A DNA stretch of 63,821 nucleotides, the filler included, from Octopus bimaculoides (Eukaryota): NCBI RefSeq assembly GCF_001194135.2. It is 7 parts of 7 records of this genome, joined end to end, with 100 filler letters (N's around TTAATTAATTAA, not from the genome) between each part and the next. Parts side by side here need not be neighbours in the genome. Positions count along the whole stretch, not along the records: positions 1 to 19,302 come from NC_068997.1; 6 more parts are not named here. One strand, written 5' to 3'. Shown here piece after piece: positions 1 to 13,439 of this stretch (its first letter is position 1; every line of letters starts with the position of its first letter). The notes beneath the pieces are model-generated. The model was not told where the DNA came from and made no database searches. It saw only the letters and a list, made by a program, of their open reading frames with translations. Made by a program: the position numbers and the translations under genes.

Positions 1-36
<36 letters not shown>

Positions 37-618
37 ATATATATACCTAAATTCATGCATACACACACACTTATAAACTCTCAGATAATTACATCCTACA
101 CACCTACACACAACACGCACATACATATGCGTATGCATAATTTATATTCAGGATGTGTTAAGTTGTTCAAGAAGATTAATAGGTTTTATTAATTCCAATA
201 TGGAGAGCCAAGAAAAATGAAGTGATAAGTAGACACATAGATAAATTAACTAGATATGTAAATAAATATTCTACATAACGCATGCAATTGCAATCTTGGA
301 TATAAATGATAGGCACATCTTGCAGCAATATGCATCAGGTTGCTTTACATATGTCCTATGCATACACACATGAATTTGCACATCCATAGATGTATACGTA
401 AACATGTACCGAGGTATGTACATGGATATATGCATGGCTGAATGTGTGTGCGTCTGGGTGTGAGCGTGTGTGCGTGTGTGTGTCTGTGTCTGTGTTTATA
501 TATATATATACACACACTCATGTATATAGACATATATGTATATGTAGAAAGTGAGGGGGAATGAGGGGAGGAATGAGGGGGAACAGAGTAGGTAAAGATA
601 GAGAAAGAAGTGTGCTTA

Positions 619-713
<95 letters not shown>

Positions 714-872
714 GTGGAAATATATATACATACCGTAATTCATATATAAAAATGCAAATATTTCCAATCCATTAGCTATGCTTATGCGAGTGTATATAGA
801 CACTTGCTGTAATACACATACCCAAATACCCCACGCCTATACATTCGTGCCCCCATACCCATCTATCTATCA

Positions 873-975
<103 letters not shown>

Positions 976-1595
976 CATAGTTGCATACATATATATATGC
1001 ATAACTATATGAAAATATATGTACGTATATATAATTCTATATATATGTGTGTATATATNNNNNNNNNNNNNNNNNNNNNNNNNNNNNNNNNNNNNNNNNN
1101 NNNNNNNNNNNNNNNNNNNNNNNNNNNNNNNNNNNNNNNNNNNNNNNNNNNNNNNNNNNNNNNNNNNNNNNNNNNNNNNNNNNNNNNNNNNNNNNNNNNN
1201 NNNNNNNNNNNNNNNNNNNNNNNNNNNNNNNNNNNNNNNNNNNNNNNNNNNNNNNNNNNNNNNNNNNNNNNNNNNNNNNNNNNNNNNNNNNNNNNNNNNN
1301 NNNNNNNNNNNNNNNNNNNNNNNNNNNNNNNNNNNNNNNNNNNNNNNNNNNNNNNNNNNNNNNNNNNNNNNNNNNNNNNNNNNNNNNNNNNNNNNNNNNN
1401 NNNNNNNNNNNNNNNNNNNNNNNNNNNNNNNNNNNNNNNNNNNNNNNNNNNNNNNNNNNNNNNNNNNNNNNNNNNNNNNNNNNNNNNNNNNNNNNNNNNN
1501 NNNNNNNNNNNNNNNNNNNNNNNNNNNNNNNNNNNNNNNNNNNNNNNNNNNNNNNNNNNNNNNNNNNNNNNNNNNNNNNNNNNNNNNNNNNNNNN

Positions 1596-1624
<29 letters not shown>

Positions 1625-1626
<2 letters not shown>

Positions 1627-1822
1627 GGCAGCAAGCTGGCAGAATACTTAGCACGCAGGGAAAAATCTTGGTAGCATTTCGTCCGTTCTCCTGTTCTGAG
1701 TTCAAATTCCCCCAAGGTTAACTTTGCTTGTTCTTTTCGGGGTCGATAAATTAAGTACCAGTGAAACACTGGGGTCAATGTAATCGACTAGTCCACTTCC
1801 CTATTATTTCAGGCCTCAGAGT
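1625..1822 (+). mobile_element. tRNA-derived SINE, family A
   Basis: A-box-like AGCTGGCAGAAT..TTAGC, B-box GAGTTCAAATTCC, body GGGGTCGATAAATTAAGTACCAG..GTAATCGACT shared with many copies in the window. Confidence 0.85.
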
Positions 1823-1848
1823 AATAATAATTATCATTGTTGTTGTTG

Positions 1849-1897
<49 letters not shown>

Positions 1898-1904
<7 letters not shown>

Positions 1905-2105
1905 TCAGCCTTAGTGAAGGCGAAGGTATTGTTTTCAGTCGTATTTGTTTCTTTGTTTGTCCATGGACAAGATATATCAAGAACCATTGGATGGATTCGG
2001 ATGAAACTTTAGGGATGTTTAGCCTCGTGACTGGCATGAACTGATTAGATTTTGGGATCGATATCCAGTACTGGACTAGGATTCGGGATTATTTTTTATA
2101 TTTCC
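1898..2105 (+). mobile_element. Helentron-associated (HINE/DINE-1-like) non-autonomous element, 5' part
   Basis: Starts in (TTA)n with a subterminal hairpin TACCT..GCCTT/AAGGC..AGGTA (1901-1928), followed by a (GTTT)-like tract; a second decayed copy is at about 2497-2670 (ATTACCTCCGCC...GGTACCGGA..ATTCTGGATTATT). Family assignment is by architecture only. Confidence 0.45.
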
Positions 2106-2819
2106 TTTACATGATTACGATCTTACGTTGACGACTTTCAAGTATTTCTCAATTATCTCTCTTCATGCTGTTTCCAAAGTTTCCTTTTCGTTTCTCTATT
2201 ATCAATTTTACTCGCGTCTCTATCTTAGTAGAAACTGATGTATAAAGAAATCAAACTACATAAACAAGCGGCAGCAAAACCGTTTAGAAATTTAATAACA
2301 CTAACATATTTTTATAATATATATATTATATATTACACATACACATTAACACTTTACAGTATACTTACATATGTACATGCATCTATACATCGATCTAAAA
2401 CAACAGGAATCCTAAAGGAAGGCTGGAATTTAAGAGAAAAGAAAGCCAAAAGGTCTCATGCTATTCATTTAAACATTCCTGAGTAGAACTTATTATAATT
2501 ACCTCCGCCTTTGAAACTATTTTCAATGGTGAATTTGTTAACTTTGGCTTGTATTAAATAAAGATAAACTATTTATTACTGTTACAACATTTCTACTGCT
2601 ACCTTCGCCTTCCATGACTACCAGTGGGATCGTTCAGGTACCGGATAAAAATTCTGGATTATTCCCAGAAGGGGCCAATATTAAATTATTGATGCCAATG
2701 CTGTCGAATAATTCCTAAACTATGAACCTTTCCCTATGACAACACATCTAAATTCCTATCATTCACATGGTCAAAAAATGTAAAAAATGTAAAAGCATTC
2801 ATCAATGCTTTTATTACAG

Positions 2820-3272
2820 ATATCGTCATCATCATCGTTGTCATCATCCGTATACATCAGCACATTTAGCAGAATTATAATCATAATTAAGATGATGATG
2901 ATGATGATGGTGATGATGACAACGAAGACGATCATGCTGGTGATGTTGATGATGATGACTGTGATACTGACAATGATGATTACGACGATGAAGAGAAGGA
3001 GAAGGATAACGACGGCAACTATGGCGACAAGGTGGACGTGGGACTCGACGAAGACGACGTTGTTGATACCTATAGTGATGATGATCGTGATGATGATGAT
3101 GACAACGATGATGATCGTCATCATCATTAACAGCAAGAGCAGCAGCAGCGTTATTGTCATCGTCATCATCAACACCATCACCATTGTCATCATCGTCATC
3201 GTCATCATCACAATCATCATCATCACCATCACCATCACCATCATCATCCTCTTCATCTTCATCTTCATCATT

Positions 3273-3303
<31 letters not shown>

Positions 3304-3314
3304 CCATCACCATC

Positions 3315-3345
<31 letters not shown>

Positions 3346-3354
3346 CCATCATCN
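2820..3354. repeat. compound (GAT)n/(CAT)n trinucleotide tract
   Basis: Directly visible; orientation switches from GAT to CAT near 3115; runs into a gap. Confidence 0.95.
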
Positions 3355-3753
3355 NNNNNNNNNNNNNNNNNNNNNNNNNNNNNNNNNNNNNNNNNNNNNN
3401 NNNNNNNNNNNNNNNNNNNNNNNNNNNNNNNNNNNNNNNNNNNNNNNNNNNNNNNNNNNNNNNNNNNNNNNNNNNNNNNNNNNNNNNNNNNNNNNNNNNN
3501 NNNNNNNNNNNNNNNNNNNNNNNNNNNNNNNNNNNNNNNNNNNNNNNNNNNNNNNNNNNNNNNNNNNNNNNNNNNNNNNNNNNNNNNNNNNNNNNNNNNN
3601 NNNNNNNNNNNNNNNNNNNNNNNNNNNNNNNNNNNNNNNNNNNNNNNNNNNNNNNNNNNNNNNNNNNNNNNNNNNNNNNNNNNNNNNNNNNNNNNNNNNN
3701 NNNNNNNNNNNNNNNNNNNNNNNNNNNNNNNNNNNNNNNNNNNNATATATATG

Positions 3754-3795
<42 letters not shown>

Positions 3796-4928
3796 TGTGT
3801 GTGTTTATGTATGTATATGTAGATGTGTGTATATTAAAATGTATATAAATATTTACGTATGCAAGATATCGGCAATTAATAAGTACGTACGAGTTGCAAG
3901 GAATATGTTCCATATGGAAATTGATCTATCCAACAGTATAACGCTGCTAAACGTAATGACTATTCAAGCAACGTATCCGTGAATGATTACTGGATTATAT
4001 ACAGTGCTGAAGATAGAGCAATATCTCCCGAAATATGCATGTACACCCATTGCTAACGTTCCCTTATTCGACCACATTGCTTACATAGACATCGTCGTAT
4101 ACCAAACGTCACGAGTTTCAGTTCTGGTTCTAATTTCTACAGAAAATCCTATAGAGATTCCTTAAAAGTGATTGTATCGCACTGCTAACACAAAAAGTAG
4201 GATAAAATATTGAATTATAAGAGTCGAGGAGAATGGGTAGTATATTATGGTTGCAAAGCAAAACACGGTGTCCTTACCNNNNNNNNNNNNNNNNNNNNNN
4301 NNNNNNNNNNNNNNNNNNNNNNNNNNNNNNNNNNNNNNNNNNNNNNNNNNNNNNNNNNNNNNNNNNNNNNNNNNNNNNNNNNNNNNNNNNNNNNNNNNNN
4401 NNNNNNNNNNNNNNNNNNNNNNNNNNNNNNNNNNNNNNNNNNNNNNNNNNNNNNNNNNNNNNNNNNNNNNNNNNNNNNNNNNNNNNNNNNNNNNNNNNNN
4501 NNNNNNNNNNNNNNNNNNNNNNNNNNNNNNNNNNNNNNNNNNNNNNNNNNNNTATATATATATATTAGACATTTCTCGGTGGTGACGTCCTGCTTAGTTA
4601 ATATTTAACCAGCATTTGACGTGTACTACGCTATGGTAATTCATAACCTAAATTCCTGCTAACAGAGAGCAGAAAATTTTGAGATAGCACTGAATCCGTT
4701 CGTACGCGTATTTCCTGTTGTATAAATTGTTGTTTATTTCTTCCAAGTATCGGTCTCGTTGCATAATTTATTTTTCCAACATCTTTATCGTATTTTCCTG
4801 GCAGCCATGTTATTTCATATTTGAATTCTCTTCAGACGCTGAAACAATAAATATAAATGCTCAGTGTTAAAGATAATATACAATATACAATTACGAATGT
4901 CATACCTGCACGAGTTGTAGGATTTTTC

Positions 4929-4994
<66 letters not shown>

Positions 4995-5993
4995 CTTTCT
5001 CTCTCTCTCTGTCTCCCCCCTCACTCTCACTTTCACTCTCACTCACTCCGTATCGCCTAGCTGAAGAACGTCATGGACTTTTCCTCTCAATAAGGAGTTG
5101 AACATAATATTAAAACGCTATTATTTATAACTTTAAGTGCTTCAAGATCCACTGTTCCCAGACAGATTTATTTCACTTGTATTTGTATGTGAGGGTGCTT
5201 GTAAATTTCTGTATATNNNNNNNNNNNNNNNNNNNNNNNNNNNNNNNNNNNNNNNNNNNNNNNNNNNNNNNNNNNNNNNNNNNNNNNNNNNNNNNNNNNN
5301 NNNNNNNNNNNNNNNNNNNNNNNNNNNNNNNNNNNNNNNNNNNNNNNNNNNNNNNNNNNNNNNNNNNNNNNNNNNNNNNNNNNNNNNNNNNNNNNNNNNN
5401 NNNNNNNNNNNNNNNNNNNNNNNNNNNNNNNNNNNNNNNNNNNNNNNNNNNNNNNNNNNNNNNNNNNNNNNNNNNNNNNNNNNNNNNNNNNNNNNNNNNN
5501 NNNNNNNNNNNNNNNNNNNNNNNNNNNNNNNNNNNNNNNNNNNNNNNNNNNNNNNNNNNNNNNNNNNNNNNNNNNNNNNNNNNNNNNNNNNNNNNNNNNN
5601 NNNNNNNNNNNNNNNNNNNNNNNNNNNNNNNNNNNNNNNNNNNNNNNNNNNNNNNNNNNNNNNNNNNNNNNNNNNNNNNNNNNNNNNNNNNNNNNNNNNN
5701 NNNNNNNNNNNNNNNNNNNNNNNNNNNNNNNNNNNNNNNNNNNNNNNNNNNNNNNNNNNNNNNNNNNNNNNNNNNNNNNNNNNNNNNNNNNNNNNNNNNN
5801 NNNNNNNNNNNNNNNNNNNNNNNNNNNNNNNNNNNNNNNNNNNNNNNNNNNNNNNNNNNNNNNNNNNNNNNNNNNNNNNNNNNNNNNNNNNNNNNNNNNN
5901 NNNNNNNNNNNNNNNNNNNNNNNNNNNNNNNNNNNNNNNNNNNNNNNNNNNNNNNNNNNNNNNNNNNNNNNNNNNNNNNNNNNNNNNNNNNNN

Positions 5994-6024
<31 letters not shown>

Positions 6025-6395
6025 TGTTTATATATACATTATATTACATATATGCATATATATATATGTGTGTGTATGTGTGAGCGTGTGTGTGTGTATT
6101 TATGTATATACATATGAACATGTATATATACACATTGGAATATATTTATATGCCTTCGAGTGTGTATGTCTGAGTGTGTGTATGTGCACACCGCGTGAGT
6201 GTATGTGTGTGTTCTGCCATTGGTGAGACACGAACCCACAATACTAGCAGCTGAAAATCTTGACACCATGACTCTATTAAAACAACGATCGGCAAATACC
6301 GCCCAGTCGTATACAAACTCTGTCTTTATCACTGAGAATTACCACTGGAAATGCTTTTCTCTATTCAATGCTGACAACGAATGCATCTGCATTTT

Positions 6396-6426
6396 CTATG
6401 AACGCTCTATGAACGGTCTATGAACG
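6396..6426. repeat. 3 x 11-bp tandem repeat CTATGAACG(C/G)T
   Basis: CTATGAACG at 6396, 6407 and 6418. Confidence 0.9.
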
Positions 6427-7405
6427 CGCATTTCAAATATCAGAATTGTCCATAATTAATTTAGTTCTTAATTAATTTTTTTTCTCTCGTCAAATGGCAT
6501 CATCGTTCTATGTTCAATGAAATTATATTGAATTAGCAGCAGACTGTCCAGGAAAATTAATTGTCTTCAGTCAGATAGAAATGAACATAATATAAGACCT
6601 ATAGAATGTTACTTAATCTGGCTATTGGTTTGTCGGTTACAATTGTCACTTACGTTGTTTGGAATTGAGACATGAAATATCTTTGTCGGAATATTTATTG
6701 CATCAATGCAGCTGTATCGGCCTTTTCTGAAACAAAACTTTCCAAGCAATCAGCCGGTCACTCAATATATTTGTCGACCTACATTATAAATCCGGTTAAC
6801 TAGGAAGCTTTCTTATAACAACACAACCTAAATTCTTATAATTCGCGTAGTCAAAGTAAAAAAAAAAAAAAAAACAGAAAAGAAAGAAAAAGGGATAATT
6901 ATGTAAAATAGATCTGTACACAAAGAGGATCAACACCATTACCATCACTTCCCCCTCTCCCCGTCACTGCTAAGTAATAATTACCTGCTTCTCCTCTCTC
7001 GACACCCCACCACCAGCACCGCAAAGACGAACAATTTCGTCAACTTTATTACCTTCACCACCGCTACCACCACCACTGCCACCAATACCGCCACCACCAA
7101 CACCACCACCAACACCACCGCCAGCACCACTACCACTACTACTACTACTACTACTACTATTTTCATCGGGTTTATGTGCTGGATCAGTAGAACCATTTGA
7201 ATGTCGTAACTGTAGATCTTTACTTTCAAGTTCAAATGACACAGATGTCAACTTCGCCCTTTGTCACGCTGAGATCGATGAAATAAAGTATTGCTCAGGT
7301 ACTGCGGTGTATAGTAGCGACTGACTCCGGTAACAAGTGGGTACATCAGACTTGTCCTGCCTAACTAGCAACAAATGTAATTCAAAACTAACAACACAAT
7401 ATTCC

Positions 7406-7615
7406 TTTCTACAGCAGGCACAAGGCCTGAAATTTTGGGGGAGGTAGGTAAGTACTCAATTGTTACTAGTTTTATTGACCCCGAAACGATGAAATGCAAA
7501 GTCGACCTCAGTGCTCAACTGTTACTAATTTTATTGACTCCGAAAGGATGAATAGCAAAATCGACCTCGGCAGATGAAATACCGCTAAGCATTTCACCCG
7601 GTGTGCTAACGTTTC
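7406..7615 (-). mobile_element. family A SINE, rearranged older copy with internal duplication
   Basis: The segment TATTGAC(C/T)CCGAAA.GATGAA..GCAAA.TCGACCTC occurs twice; the head is truncated at GCTAACGTTTC. Confidence 0.8.
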
Positions 7616-7845
7616 TTATTTCTTTATTGCCCACAAGGGGCTAAACATAGAGGGGACAAACAAGTAAAGACAAAGGGATTAAGTCGATTACATCGACCCC
7701 AGTGCGTAACTGGTACCTAAATTATCGACCCCGAAAGGATGAAAGGCAAGTCGACCTCGGCGGAATTTGAACCCAGAATATAACGGCAGACAAAATACCG
7801 CTAAGCATTTCGCCCGGTGTGCTAACGTTTCTGCCAGCTCGCCGC
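7616..7845 (-). mobile_element. family A SINE, young full-length copy with alternative 3' tail
   Basis: Head GCGGCGAGCTGGCAGAAACGTTAGC, B-box GGTTCAAATTCC, tail CCCCTCTATGTTTAGCCCCTTGTGGGCAATAAAGAAATAA. Confidence 0.9.
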
Positions 7846-8795
7846 TTTAAACTGTTTAAGATAGTAGTAAAGCTAAAATAAATAAAGGAGGCATTATTTT
7901 CTATAAAATACTGTAACTTTTCTAAGATATCGATGTCAAAGAAAAGCTGTTTTTGAATGTCGTCTACTACTACTACTACTACTACTATAGACCACTGTAA
8001 CTGAACGTGTTTTCAAGAAGCTCTACAAGTCTTGTTTTCTTTTTATAGTGTTTTATATTGATTTTATTGTTTGGCCGCATTATTAAACCAACCGCGATTG
8101 TATTGAACTGGTTGTGACTTCGGTTACGCCACGGACCAAAATATTGAGAAAAAGAAATATTTTTAAATCTAGCAAAATTTCTGAAATTGTTTTCATGCTC
8201 CGAAATTCTGGCATCTCAGAATCTAGTTAGGTAGCGCTGAGAACTGATCTAGGTGTATTCACACCATTTATCTACAACGAGAAATTTTCTCCGTGATGAA
8301 ACACAGCGAATGGCTTTTTCCCCAGTTCGACCGTTTCTCAAGCATATTTAGATTGGTAATAACATTGCATTTGTATATATGACTGCTTCGTGCACCTCCT
8401 CTTCTCCGTGTTTTCATATTGTCTTCTTTGCTAGAGAATCAGAAAGAGAGGAGCATGGAAGGGGATTATTTTGAAGATGAAAGTCTTGTTTGAAATCAGC
8501 ACCATCCATTATACGGCTTTTCAGCTGTAGTAATAACAACGACAAAAACAACCTAGTATCAATAACAACAGTAGCCACAACAACATAAGAAGCTGCAACA
8601 CACAAGAACTATAACAATGGCAACAGCAGCAACAATAATAACGACAGCAATATCAATAGTAGCAGTGAAGATAGGTCCAAGCGAGTAGTAGCAGTAAAAA
8701 CTGCTGTCGTCGCCAAAAAAATCACTAATAGAATAGAGGAATCCGTCGCCACCACTAACACCTTATGGCTACAAGCACTTTCAGGGTCAATAAGT

Positions 8796-9137
8796 TGCTG
8801 AGACCCTCTTCGGTCATGACTGACCCTGGGATTGCACCTAGAAAGTTACTCTCCCAGGCACAAGTCCGGGCAAGGTTCTTTATGGAAGACCAGCAGTCGC
8901 CCATGCATACCGATTTCCCTTCTCCACGCCACCAGTGTTATCCAAGGGAAAGGCAAAGGGGCCGATACAGCTTGGCACCTGTGACGTCGCAACTCATTTC
9001 TACAGCTGAGTAAACTGGGGCAACGTGAAATAAAGTGCCTTGCTCAAGAATACAACACGCAGCCCACTCCGGGATTCGAACTCACTACCTCACGATCATA
9101 AGCTCGACGCTCTAACCACTGAGCCATGTGCCTTCAC
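8796..9137 (-). mobile_element. full-length tRNA/CORE-like SINE (family E) with 12-bp TSD
   Basis: Head GTGAAGGCACATGGCTCAGTGGTTAGAGC, B-box GAGTTCGAATCCC, CORE-like TTCTTGAGCAAGGCACTTTATTTCAC; flanked by GGGTCAATAAGT at 8784-8795 and 9138-9149. Confidence 0.92.
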
Positions 9138-9227
9138 GGGTCAATAAGTACCAGTTTAAATACTGAAGATGTTCTAAACGACGTCTCAACCCGAAATTGT
9201 TGTCCTTGTGCTTCATGTAGAAATTAG

Positions 9228-9660
9228 TGAAGGCTGTGTGCTGCAGGATCGTTAGAACATCGGACGAAATGTATTGCAGTATTTCTTCCGACGTTGTGAG
9301 TTCAAATCCCGCCTAGTAGAATTTTTGCCAGTCGATTAAATAAAGTACTAGTCACCTAAGATGGTTGATAGTGCTGCTTATATTCAACGCTTCGTAATTA
9401 TCGGCCTTCTGCATAAAGCAGAAAGTCTGAAAGGGGGTGTTGAGCTGGCGGAATCGTTAGATCTTCGCGATTGTAAGTCTAAAGGTACTTCCTCCAGCTC
9501 TTTACGTTCTAAATTCAAATTCCGTTGAGGTCACCTTTCCTTTTCATCTGTTTAGGTTCAATAAAAAAAAGTCCCAGTCAAGTAGAGGGATAAACGAAAG
9601 CGATTTGCCCTATACTCTCAAAATTACAGGCGTTGTGCCAAATTTCGAAACAATTATTAT
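9228..9660 (+). mobile_element. two diverged family A SINE copies
   Basis: B-boxes GAGTTCAAATCCC (about 9298) and AATTCAAATTCC (about 9511); ATT-repeat tail at about 9655. Confidence 0.7.
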
Positions 9661-10782
9661 TATTTTCCTTCTGTAAAGTTTCGCAATTGTTATAGAAACT
9701 TCCTTTGTTATGAGTTCTGTATATTTGCAATAACATTGTTTAGAAGCAAACAAATACATATTTTACTTTTTTTTTCTTCTCCTGGAGATTTTTTTCTAAT
9801 TTTTCCTATATCTGTTTTTTCTTTTACATAGTCACAAACCCATCCAAAGCTGCTTAGAAAAAAATAATAAAAGCACACAAAAAAGAAAACAAAAGACAAA
9901 GAAATATATAGAAAGACTCAAACACGTAACACACACATGTTTGATTACAAATACATATATATATATACATATTTGAATATGGACACGCAGAAACACAATC
10001 ACGCAAATTAGCATAAATGAACACACATTTATGCATAAGTTCACGATTGCTTAGTTCATACCGTTGTCATGATAAATGGAAAAAAAAAAATATAATAAAA
10101 ATTATCCATTCAACACACACATTCTCTTACATATACAAAAAAAATACTCAACCATTTTTTTTTTTACCAGTTTGCAAAAAATATACACAACAATAAATAT
10201 TAAAATAATAATAGCAATAATATGAATAAAAGAAAATTCTGATTTTGATGTTACTACTACTAATTATTATGATGATGATGGTGATGTTGAGGACTGCGAT
10301 GGCGATGGTGAGGGTGGTATAAAATAATTAATAAAACAAATGAGAGTAAACAAATATCATGTACAGGCTTTTCACGTTCGTTGCTTACCCTTTAGCAAAG
10401 TGTGCTGTTCTTTAAGATTTTTAAACTACAAAAGTAACAAACTTAACAAAGTCTCAATGCAGGCAACTACACACAAAATGCACACATAAGGATAACTGTG
10501 TAGTTGTGTAGATACAACTATGCACACACAAAAACACATGCACGCATACACGCGTAAGTGTGTGTCTGTGTGTAGTTATAAATTTCATATATTATGTATG
10601 TTTGTGTATATGCATCTGAGTGCGTGCTGATAATTATACAGTTCTCAGTAAATATTAATACACTCTTTCTTTCTTACTTTCTTTCTTTCTCCCTCCACCT
10701 TCTCTCTCTCACACACATTAACATACGTTAGAACAAGATGCTGCAGAAGTATATGCATATATGTACTTATGTACGTATATAC

Positions 10783-10846
<64 letters not shown>

Positions 10847-11157
10847 ATGTATATGTGTATATATAAATATATGTATGAGTATCTATATGTATGAATATAT
10901 ATATATATATGTGTGTGTGTGAGTGTATATGTATGTGCTTATGCAAAAATATAAACACATACCTACATATGCATTTTGTTTTCTCTTTTTCTCTATCATA
11001 AACAATATTACTTTCTAAATAATCTATCACGAATATGAGTGAAGCAAATGTTTCTGTATTTTCCCCGAAAAATTATTTATGCTTCTGCAAACATACACGA
11101 ACGCACATACACACACCACACACCACACACATTAACACTCACACGTACGTATATCTC

Positions 11158-11193
<36 letters not shown>

Positions 11194-12974
11194 GTATATA
11201 AAGAGTTTATGTAAAAAATAATAACGTTAACGAAATCTGGAAACAAAAGATTATCGCCCTCATACACCAAAAATCTAAAGAGCATAATAAAATGAAAAAA
11301 AAAAAAAACGAAACGAATGTGATGGCGAAAAACGAAACAAAGACGAATGGAATATTAATAATAACAACATCAAGTATCCAACAAATAAACTCTTGTCATG
11401 CTTTAAAGAAAACTTTTCGGATAATAATAATTAAAAAGAATACTTTCTTCATATATTTTTCACACGTTTCTCAGTTTTATAATCTGTGAAGAAACGAGGC
11501 AAAAATATATTTGTATGTATAAAAAAATCATAAAACAAAAAAAAATAGGTGTACAGAGACAATACTATGTACAATATATGTCTGTATACATGTACGTACT
11601 TTGTGTGCGCGCGTGTATATATACATATATATCTTTTTTTATTCGTATATATGTATGTCAATACTTATATATTCACATATACATACACTTATATTCGTAC
11701 ATAAGTGATTGTATGTATATTTGTAAATTATGTTTGTATTAAAGATATGGTACAGCTACATGTGTGAGGATATGTGTTCAAATATCTCAATGTACATTGG
11801 GGGGGGGGGTGTATGTATATGTGTGTGTATGTATGTCAGTGTTTGTGTGATTGTGTATGTGTACGTGTCTCCGTGTATGTATACATCTAATTATGTACAT
11901 ATCTCCCTTCCCTCATTGAATACGCATGTATACGTATATATATATAAAATATATACATAGGTACGTATATCCATATATATATGTATATATATACTTATAT
12001 ATATATATATATGTATGTATATATATGTATAAATATATGTATATATANNNNNNNNNNNNNNNNNNNNNNNNNNNNNNNNNNNNNNNNNNNNNNNNNNNNN
12101 NNNNNNNNNNNNNNNNNNNNNNNNNNNNNNNNNNNNNNNNNNNNNNNNNNNNNNNNNNNNNNNNNNNNNNNNNNNNNNNNNNNNTATATATATATATATA
12201 TATGAAAGTATGTGTGTATTTCTATGTAAATATATATGTATATTTGTATGTATAAACAGAAGCCCAGTTACGTGTTTATCTGATTATGAATAAGACCAGA
12301 ATTGGAAGAATAGCACACGATTTAAAAAACCATATTTTGTTCTTTGGAACTAAAACGACGCAACCCAAGCACATACACACATATAAACGCCCTGTGCGGT
12401 CTCACATTTGTACACATATACATATATTTCGTAAGCACTCGCAGACACAAATAGAAGCAAGGACTCGAAATGAACCTAAAATACGTGAACAGAAGAAACG
12501 ACTAAAGTAATCCATGTGTCTGTGCGTGTGTTTTTTGCGTATGCGTGTTTGTAGGTATATGACATAATATAATACGATATGATATATATATATATGCCTA
12601 CATACACACTTAAGCACGTAGATGTATGTGTATACACGCACACACTCGTGTATATATATATATATATGAGGAAATGATGGTGTGTCTGTATTTGTAAATG
12701 CAGTCCCGTGCTTGCAAGTGTCTACACGTACAGAGTTACCGATTTACGTAAATATTGTTCTACAGATATTTTATATTATTTAACAGATAAGATACATTTA
12801 CATTAATATTTCTCTGTTCTCTTTATAGTGAACTATGTGCAATCACAGCCGTTTTTCTTGTTTAGATATTACAATCTCTTACGTCCCTTATCGTTTAGCG
12901 TTAGTTTTATTTATCCTTTTCACACTAATCTGGAAGAAACCAAGTGTGTTTTATCTACAGACAATGCCCATATG

Positions 12975-13033
<59 letters not shown>

Positions 13034-13389
13034 NNNNNNNNNNNNNNNNNNNNNNNNNNNNNNNNNNNNNNNNNNNNNNNNNNNNNNNNNNNNNNNNNNN
13101 NNNNNNNNNNNNNNNNNNNNNNNNNNNNNNNTTCGAATTAATGTTATGGACACTTACGTTTTCTGCGTATGTTCATTTAGACGTTTGTGACACAGAGCTG
13201 AAAACGGCCATCTTGGACAGCTCCTTGATGTGTTTCTGTTCACTTCATTATGCCGAATCCTGTTATTTGAGTTTCGGTATATATATTTTCGTTCCATTGT
13301 GTATATTTTCACTATGTATCATGCACTGAAATCTTTATTCTTTCAATGACATTTAATAAAATATAATAATATAGTACACACACACAAAG

Positions 13390-13427
<38 letters not shown>

Positions 13428-13439
13428 GTATGTATATAT

